Shown here: positions 47,601 to 56,600 of the stretch, piece by piece
How the letters are laid out: each line of letters starts with the position of its first letter
How positions within the stretch are numbered: the first letter of the stretch is position 1
NCBI GenBank assembly: GCA_040753015.1
Contig: JBFMHM010000002.1
Location: 102,111 to 166,110, forward strand
Direction of reading: 5' to 3'
Source of the DNA: Candidatus Omnitrophota bacterium
GTDB taxonomy: Bacteria > Omnitrophota > Gorgyraeia > Gygaellales > JBFMHM01
Length of the DNA stretch: 64,000 nucleotides
Made by a program: the position numbers and the translations under genes
The notes under the pieces: generated by a model
The model's input: only the letters and a program-made list of their open reading frames with translations
Databases searched by the model: none
Told to the model about the DNA's origin: nothing

Positions 47601-50600
47601 TCTTGCTTGGCTTGATTAAATTCATCTATTTTTTGTTCTAAAGTTTTACTTGAATCGTTTAAAATTCCTGTGAGCTGTTGTAATGTTTCCGCCCAGCCTT
47701 CTGACGAAACGGCTGTAGCCTCTGCCGCAGGCCTCGCCGTTTCCTGGCGGGCTGGTGACGATGGATCTGCGGGCGGCTCGGCTGGTGGCGGTGCAGGCGC
47801 GTCAGAGGCTGGCGTAGCTAATTTTTCTCTTAAACTAGCAATTAATTGTTCATTATTCGCGCTTTCGCCAGATTCTTTCAGTAAACGAATAAGCTCATTA
47901 ATTACTGCTTGCTGTTGTAATTGCTCTAGAGTAAAACCATTATTAAGAAGCATTAAAATAATTTTAGCAGCCTTATCATCTGTTAGATTCGTTTCGTCTG
48001 CAATAGTCTCTAAAAAATTACCCATTTGTCTATTTACGCTATCCAATAATGCCATATCTATACCTTTTTCTTTTAATAATTGTGCCTGGTTTTGGACAAT
48101 AGCAGTATAGGCGTTGACTTTAAGTAAAGGTTCACTATCAGGAGTTCTTATTGCCATAGCAATAGCATTTGCAAATTCACCTGTTTCTGCACAAACTTGG
48201 ATAATTAAGTCAGAAGCTAAGAGTCTTTTGTAATCGTTACTACTGTCATTGGGAATTTCTTCTGCCGCAGCGCGTGCATTTTTAAGGTTTCTTTCTATTT
48301 TTCGTTTTGGTATTTTTGCTTTTATCTGAACTCTAGCAACAAGAGAATAGGCATTGGTTTTATAAAAAGGCTGGTCCTGATTATCGGGAATTTTTTTTAT
48401 CAAATTAATAATCAATCGCAAAATATCTTCTACTTCATTCATCGGCCTACCTATTTTTGCCTGGGTTTCGGCAATTATAAGAAGAAGGAGCGCTTTCCAA
48501 TATTCACCAGGTGCGAAAGTTCTTTCCGTTAACGTAGAAGCCAATCGCAAAGTATCTTCTACTTCATTCATTGGCCTACCTATTTTTGCCTGGGTTTCGG
48601 CAATAAATGTATAAGCTCTAATTTGGTCATCATAAGTTGCATCTGCATATCTTGTTGGAAGTTTTTCTGCTATATCAAGAGCTTTATTAATGTTTTCGAT
48701 TATTTCTTCTGTTGGCCTACCTGCTTGTGCTTGAGCTTGAGCAATAGAGGTATAGGCTTTAATTTGTGCCCAAGGGTCATAAATGCTTATTTCTTCTACC
48801 ATAATAATAGCCTTGTTAAGACTAGTAGATATTTCATCTTCCGGGCTACCTATTTCGATTTTAACTTGGGCGATAAATGCTTGGACGGCAGCTTGCGATG
48901 CACGATTAAGCGCAGTTGCAGCGATATCGGCTTTATTAATGTTTTCGATTATTTCTTCTGTTGGCCTACCTGCTTGAGCTTGGGCAATGAGTGCATAGGT
49001 CATAGCCTTATCAGGATCATCATCCTCCATCCTTATTACCAGGTTGAGAGCATCATTAAATCTGTTTAACGTTATAAAAGTTTCGATAACAGTGATGGTG
49101 GCTTTTTCTTTTTGGGAAGAATCATCAAATCTTTCTGCTGCTGCGATAGAGGCTAAACGTAAAGCTAAATCTTGCGTATGAATAGTTTTCAAAATTTCTG
49201 GAGTTAATACTACTGGTTCTCTTGCAGGCATTCCTGGATCTGCCGGCGGTTCGTCTAAAGGCGCTTGCGTAGCGGCTGATGCAACTAGCCCAGGAGGAGC
49301 TGGCGCGTCAGGGGCTGGTACTACAGGCGGTGTCGTCGGTTCGTTGCCAAACAAAATTGGAATTCGCGTGGATCTTGGAAAAGTTGGGCTGTCGCCTGTA
49401 CTAGGCGTAAGCCCGCAACTTACTTCAATCGCAGTTTTTGAAACACCTAATTCTCTCATTAAAAAATTAGCCAAAATGCCTTGTAACTGAGAGTGGCCTT
49501 GCAATGCTTTAAGCTGTTCTGTTGCAGCTTGAATAAATGCGGTTTTAATTGATGCGTCTGATTGTTGCGGCTCTGCCGCCTGCCCAGCACTTTGAAGCCT
49601 TGCGTGTTGTTCAGAAAAAAGCGTATGCGCCCGGCCAATAACATAATTAGAAACTCTTACGCCTGCTAACGACCCAGCCAAAACACCAGCCAAACGTTGC
49701 GCCACAAGAGGAACAGCGCTTCCAGCTCCGCCGTTTGGCGCAGTTGGTGAAGCAACACTTACAAAACGTAAAATTGCATCAGGCAGCGCACTTAATGCTT
49801 CTCTTTTTGCTTTTTCTATTTCAAGCATTGTTGCTCCAACTGGCACGCCGATAACTAAAGTTGCAGCCGGCGCAGTATCTGGCGTTTCTACTTCTCCGAT
49901 ATCAACATCCGCAGCAAGTTCAACACCATCTGTCGGTTCAAACCTCACAGCTACTTGAACCTCGGGAATTTCGTCAGTTGCTGGAACTGTGACAGTTTTT
50001 GCATCACGATTTGCTAACTCCACTCTAACTGCTCGCGCTCGTTCTGGAGTTAACTGCTCGAACGTTCTAGGAGCCTGTGGAGTAACGCTAGTTCCACCGG
50101 GTGCCATGCCTACCGGCAGGCAGGCACTAGGATCAGGCTCTGGCCTTGGCCCAGAGTCAACCCATTTTACTTTTTGCCGCATATCAGGGTCAGCTAAAAC
50201 AGTATCTGTTGCATTGGGTGAAACCAAAAACCATTTGCGGCCGCTAATCTCTCCGTCGCAAGCCACAGCGCCTGCTTCAATATCTCTTGCTAAGGCGCAA
50301 TGCCCCAACATCACAACTAAATTATTTTTTTCGCCGGAAAAAAATAAATCTTTAGCTTGTCTGCCAGCATATCTCTGGCAAACTAACGAACCATTATTTT
50401 GATAAATCAACTGGCTATCGCCTGAAACTCTGTCAATTAACTCAAAACTAAAATTTGCATCAGACGGTTTATACAAGCGAATAATCAGCTCTGAATTATC
50501 TTTCTTTAAATATACCTCTATTTTACCGTGTTCATCCTCTAAAGTTTTTCTAATATAAATAGCATTTGGCTCTTCTCTATCCCTAACTTCATCCTGCCTC

Positions 50601-53600
50601 CACTCTAAAGCCTTAAAAATTGCTTCAACTTTCTTTTCTTCAACTTCTTGATAACCGTCAATAGGAATATCGACAAAAAGCTTAGTTGTATTTTGCTCTG
50701 TCTGGTTTGCAAAACTAAATGTTGCGCCTAATTTGCGCAATTCATTTCTAACCCTAAAGTAAGGCTCTAATGCGTGATATTCTTTTCCTTGCATACATAA
50801 ATTACCTAAGTCGCCTTCGCCTGCCTCGAATAAAGCAGTTTTTAACCACTTACGAAGTGGTGCAGAAAAACTTATTTCTAAACGCAAATGATTGCCAAAG
50901 CTAAGCCAACTAACAGTAATTCCGCTATCTGCCAACTCACTTTGCCAACGCTCTATATCATTATTGTCAATTTGTCCAGCCTCTGGTGGTTGGACAAATT
51001 GATCCTGAGCACCGTCGAAGGATCTTAATCTTACGCCAAGCTGAGGCTGGCGATAAACTTCAGCCAATAAGCGGCCTTCTTGATTAAATGCGTGGCGCAT
51101 TGCGGTTTCTTTTTTGGCAAGCGTCAACCACTGGCTAACTAATTGCATTGCAAATCTAATTTGTTGTTTATTTTTATCTGGCTTAGGCACGCTAGTTTTT
51201 AATCTTTGCTTTTCTGCATTCCATTCTCTATCAGGCCTGCAAAAATTAATATCACTAGTTAAGAATGTCTCTGTCCCAGCCATAGCCAAAGCTTCACCTC
51301 TTGTTTCTTCAATAGCCATCCAAGTAATTTCAAGCGCCTCGGTTACAGCTTCTTGGGTAATCTCACTAATTGGCCTTTGGTACAGCTCTTCTAAATTCCT
51401 CATCTGCATTGCTTCAACTTCTGTCATCTCTTGGCCAACAACCCGAGCAACTGCGGGGATAAATTTAAACCTTAAATCTCCGTCCACAACAAAAACCTCA
51501 ATAGCATCACCATCATTCCAAGCATCTCGTTCATATAATCCACTGGCAAATTTAGTTAAATTTTCCTTAAACTTATCCAACACATTAGCAAGCGGCCGCG
51601 CTCCTTGGCCTGCCTCAAACCCAAGCTTGTAAAAATAATCTAGCACTGCCGTCTTATGTTCCGGGCTAACTCTAACCTCAATTGGATAAAACTTATTTCT
51701 TGCATCTTTATAAACCCAATTTTTATAGGGCTTTAGTTTTGCTTCTGCCATTGCCTTAAACATTGCCTCATCCATAAATTTAAACGGAACTATTTTATCA
51801 AGCCGCGCTAAAAATTCCGGACGGTATTTATATTTATGATAAGCTGATATTTGTGCATCTAATTCGTCGTAAAAACGCGTAAGCGCTTCTGAGTCTGTTT
51901 GTGCTGCATCAAGTGCCTTTTTGTATTGCTGGTAAGCGTCTGGCCCACCTGTTTGAGGTGTTAAAAAACGGCCTGTTGCCGCGTCATAAGTTTCTTCAAC
52001 GCCGCCGTTTGAGGTAAAGATAATAATACACTGGCTAAAAGAAACTGTGTTGCCTTTTGAGTCAGTTAAACGCCCATCGTCGGTAAGAGACAATAAAAGC
52101 ATCAATATTTCTTCTTTGTCAACGCGATGCAATTCATCAAATACGATTACACTTTTTGGGTTGCGTTTTACTTGACTGGTCAACCAATTTTCTGAATCAT
52201 CATGCCCAACATATCCGGGCGGTGCACCGATTAATCTCGTGCTAGAATCCATATCAGCCATAGGCACATGAATATAATTATACCCTAACTCGCTAGCTAC
52301 CACCCTTGCTAATTCTGTTTTACCCACACCTGTTGGCCCAGAAAATAAAAAGCTGCCTACAGGTTTATTCGGTCGCTTTAAACCGGATTCAGCACGATAA
52401 ATTGCACTAACCACTAAATCGACCGCCTCATCTTGGCCAACTAAACGGGCTTTAATACGCCCTTTTAAACTTAACAAATCACTAGTCTTTCTCTGGCTAA
52501 CAAGCAAAGAATCAACGCCGCGTTTAATTAAAAATGAGCGCACATCTTCTATTGTCGGGGTAAGCTTTACATCCTGCCTGTCAACACTGCGCCAACGCCT
52601 AATTTCGGCAAGTGATTCTGCTTGTTTTACTGGCTGGCTTCTTCGTTTTGCTGCCTTTATTTTTTCAGCTAAGACACGAGCAATATTACGTTTTTCTTTT
52701 ACCGGTTGTTTTTGTAAACCTATCTCTTTTGCTTTTGCACTATAATGCTGATCGAGAAATTCAGCCAATAACATCTTATGGTCTTCGTCAGCTAAGGCTA
52801 TAGCAAATAACGACAAAGCCTGCTCCATTAATTCAAAAGGCATTAAATCAGTTGTTTCTGGCAAAGCCCCAGTTATCGGCGATATATGCTTTGCATAATA
52901 CGCCCTTCGTAACACAAGCCACATATCTTCAACTTGCCCAGCCTCTGGCGCTTGGGCAAGTTGATCTCGAGTCCCTGCGAGAGATCTTTCTAATAAATCA
53001 ACACGGCTAAACCATTGTTCATAAAGCGGGTCTCTTAACACAGCCTCTGAACTAGTTGATAGAATTAATCTCCCCTTCTGCTCATCTTTAAACGCGCTTA
53101 AGAATTGCCCTAAGTGGAACTCCGCGCCAGTTGGTAAACCATCTCTGCCTTGAGCGCTAATACTAGCTTTTTGAAAACTATCTAAGTCCAAATAAACAAC
53201 CGTGCGTATTCCTTTTTTCTTATCATCGTCGGCAATTGCATCTAAAAGCCTGAGCACAGTTGCCTCAAACTTTCCTGCCAAACTAAATGTAGTTGCAAAA
53301 CTAGAAAACTTTAAACTAAGAACTCTGACATTTTCTTGGCCATTCAATTTTCCCTCACAAGCTAAGCGGCTATATTGCTGGACTAATTGCTCGGTTGCTT
53401 TTTGGTTTTTTGCCCAAAGAAGAGGAAAATTTCTGCGTGCTTGAGCTTGAATTGATAAAACGCTTACCATTGTCTCTGGGTTAATACTTTCTTCGGGAAT
53501 TCTTCCTTGGCTAGAAAACGCCGTCAGATTTACCACCATTTCATTTAATTCTTTTTCTTGCTGTTTTATCTTATCAACTGAAGCTTCATCGGCATCTTCT

Positions 53601-56600
53601 GGAATGGGTAGGGAAATTTTAAGTTTATCATTATTCCAAGCAGCATTAGGCGGAACCTGTGCAACAGGTGTTGGCAAAAGCGCTTGCTTTGCTTCTAAAT
53701 TAGAAGCAGCTAAAATTGCTCTTGTTGTTGGATGAAGCGCCTCTTGCGCTTGTTGCCTAACTACTTCACCTACCGGCTCAGTTAATTTAAAAGTAATTTT
53801 TCCTTCACTATCAGCACTAACTGAAATTTGAGTTCCCTTGGGATATTTTTTTGCAACTAAAATTTCTGCTAATTGCGAACCAATTAAATTATCAATAGCA
53901 CGAGCCATAGGACGCGCGCCATTAACCGCGTCATAGCCTGCCTTAAGAATTACCTCTTTTGCCGCATCATCAAAATTAAGAACATAACCTTGGTTAGCCA
54001 GTTTTTCTTTTAACATATCGAGGATAAAATCGCGGATTTTTTCAATTTCTTTTTTGCGCAAACGCTTAAACACCAAAATTTCACCGATACGGCCTTGCAT
54101 CGAATTTATAAAATAACGATTAATTCTTTTCCTTATTTCATCTTGTATGCTTTCTTCCATAACATCAAGTAACTGACTACGGCTTGCACTACTTAAATCT
54201 TTACCAGCTTCCTCGCTATGCCTATTTACTTGGCTAATTAAGCGGCAAACACCCAGCCTTTCTTCCCTTGCCTTAGACGTCATTACCTTTAATTTTTGAA
54301 TATAATCCCATAGGCCGCCAAACGCCTCTTCGCATTGCCTGCGTTCTTGCGGCAGCAATCCAAATTCATCAAGCCTAGCAAATCTTCCAGCTTCACCTTG
54401 TTTGGGAAATCGATCTGGCACACAATCAGGTTTTTGCGCCCGCAAATATGCCTTTAATGCCGAATCTCTATTTGCAACAAGCGGGCTAATCCAAAATTCC
54501 TCAATATTATCCAAAACATCTTCTAACGTCAGGCGTTCAGGAAGAAAATCTAATTGGACGCTGTTTAATGCCCTGCTAAATACACCGCCCGGTTTAAGCG
54601 TTTCCTCAATAAGTTCAGCCACTTCATTAAACACATCTTTATTATATGCACGAAGCTGAATAGCTGCCTGCTGCAACCTTTGGCGCTTAGCAGCTGCAAC
54701 ACGTCTTCCCATTTCAGGATCCATTGCTTGCAACTCTTTCTGTGGTTCATCTTCAATAGCTACTTCTTTACCAGCTTTTTTGTATTCATCAATTTGCTTT
54801 TCTTTTTCTGTAATTTGACTCTGCAATCTAGTCCTTTCAGCATCGACACTGGCCCTGTAAAAAGCAATCTTAAGCTCATATAATTCGATATATTCACCAA
54901 ACACATCAATAAGTTGCTTAGTGTGTTTAATATGTTCTAAATTTAGCTTAACATTTTGTTCAAGAGAATTCTTGTATTCAGCTTGCTGGCGCTTTAAAAG
55001 CACGAGCAACTGCTCGGCTTTTCTATGCTCGTCGGTAATTTCAACCCTAAACCATGAATAATCACTTGCCGCAAGCTCTGTCTCGTCTTGCGCCTGAGTA
55101 AACTCCTCATCACTCATTAAATCTATTGCATCCATTGCCCGATATGCGTCGTAAATTTCCGGAGTCATGCCTAAATTTGAAGTCATTGCAATTAAGTGAT
55201 TAGTTGCCGATAAAGTTTCTCCTGTTGAACTTTGTGTTGTGCCTGTATCAAATAAATCATATAAATTTTCTAATACATCCGGATGCGCCTTTTCAAGTTC
55301 ATCCAATAAAAGAACACCAATAGGCGAGGCTCGTAAAATTTGCACTAATCGCCCGCCATTTTTATCATAACCAACATAACCTTGCGGTGCGCCCATAAGT
55401 TTTGTTTTAGCAAATTCATCTTGCAGCTCTGCCATATCAATGCGGCCCATTTTGCCGTCAAAAATAAGCTCAGCAATTGCTTTTACAAGCTCGGTTTTTC
55501 TACGCCCGTTGGGCCTGCCAACATAAAAACACCAATTGGTTTATTTGGCTCTTTTTGTCCGTTAACAAATAAACGAATTTTTGCTAAAATGGCATCGACT
55601 ACATGTTCGTGGCCAACATAACGCTTTGCTAAATTTTCTTTAAATCTATCAACGCGCGCTCTAATATCACCGGTTAATAAGCTAACTGTAGTTTGCGCCT
55701 CTTTTGCCAGCGCAGTTAAAACTTCTTCTTCGCTAATTCTTACGGATGGGCCTAAAGTTGTATCTACATCGCTTGCGCCCGCCATTACCATTACCCAATA
55801 ATCCAGGCGGCCAGTTAAAAATTCAACAAGCTCTGGTGTGTTAGCCTGCTCTAACTCGCCAATTAAAGCCAAGGCTCGGCTTCCGGCATAAGCTCTATCT
55901 AAATTACTCCTGTATTCTTGTTTTTTATTTTTATCAACTAAAAGTTTCTGAATTAAATCTATTGCAATTTCCCTTTCTGAAGCTTTAGGCAAGAATTTTT
56001 TAGTATAACCCATAATCCGCTTTAAAAATTCAAACGCATCATCGCTTTCAATTTTTAAATTTAAAAGCTCGTTATGCACGGTTTTAAACCACGGTAACCC
56101 CTCTTCTAAAAGCCGCAAAATTTCATCTGCCTCTTTTTCGAATTCAGGAGAGCTAGATAGCTCGTAACGTTGAGGATACTCCATAATTTGAGATATTTCT
56201 TTCCATTTGTTTCTAGGAAATACCGCCTGAATTGTTTTAGGCTCACCGCCAATAATTACAGGAATTGGGCTTTTAAGAAGCTCATCTAATAACCACTCTA
56301 AGCGCGAGCCAAGCTTAAACTTCAAACTCAAAATTCCCGCGTATTCTTCAGCATCAATATAAAAAGCTAAATTACGGCGCGTGCCTTTTTTTTCTGCATC
56401 GTGATACACCTTGCGCATATTGCTGACAAAAGCGCGAACAACCTTTTCAAAACCATCTGCCTGCAAAAACACTCCGCCGGCTAATAATTTTTTAATATCT
56501 AATTTTAAAATTTCTAACTTTTGTAAAGAAACTGGCAATGGGCTGTCATCAAGGCTTGCTTGATAAGCCAAAGAACGTATTGTCTGCTCTACTTCTCTCG

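Noticed and set aside
45923-47720. Diversity-generating retroelement (TR/VR) explanation for the ~130-bp near-identical intragenic repeats
   Set aside because: The few mismatches between copies are not adenine-specific (T/C, G/A, G/C). There is no reverse transcriptase or accessory gene nearby. The copies encode a conserved helix, not a variable ligand-binding tip.
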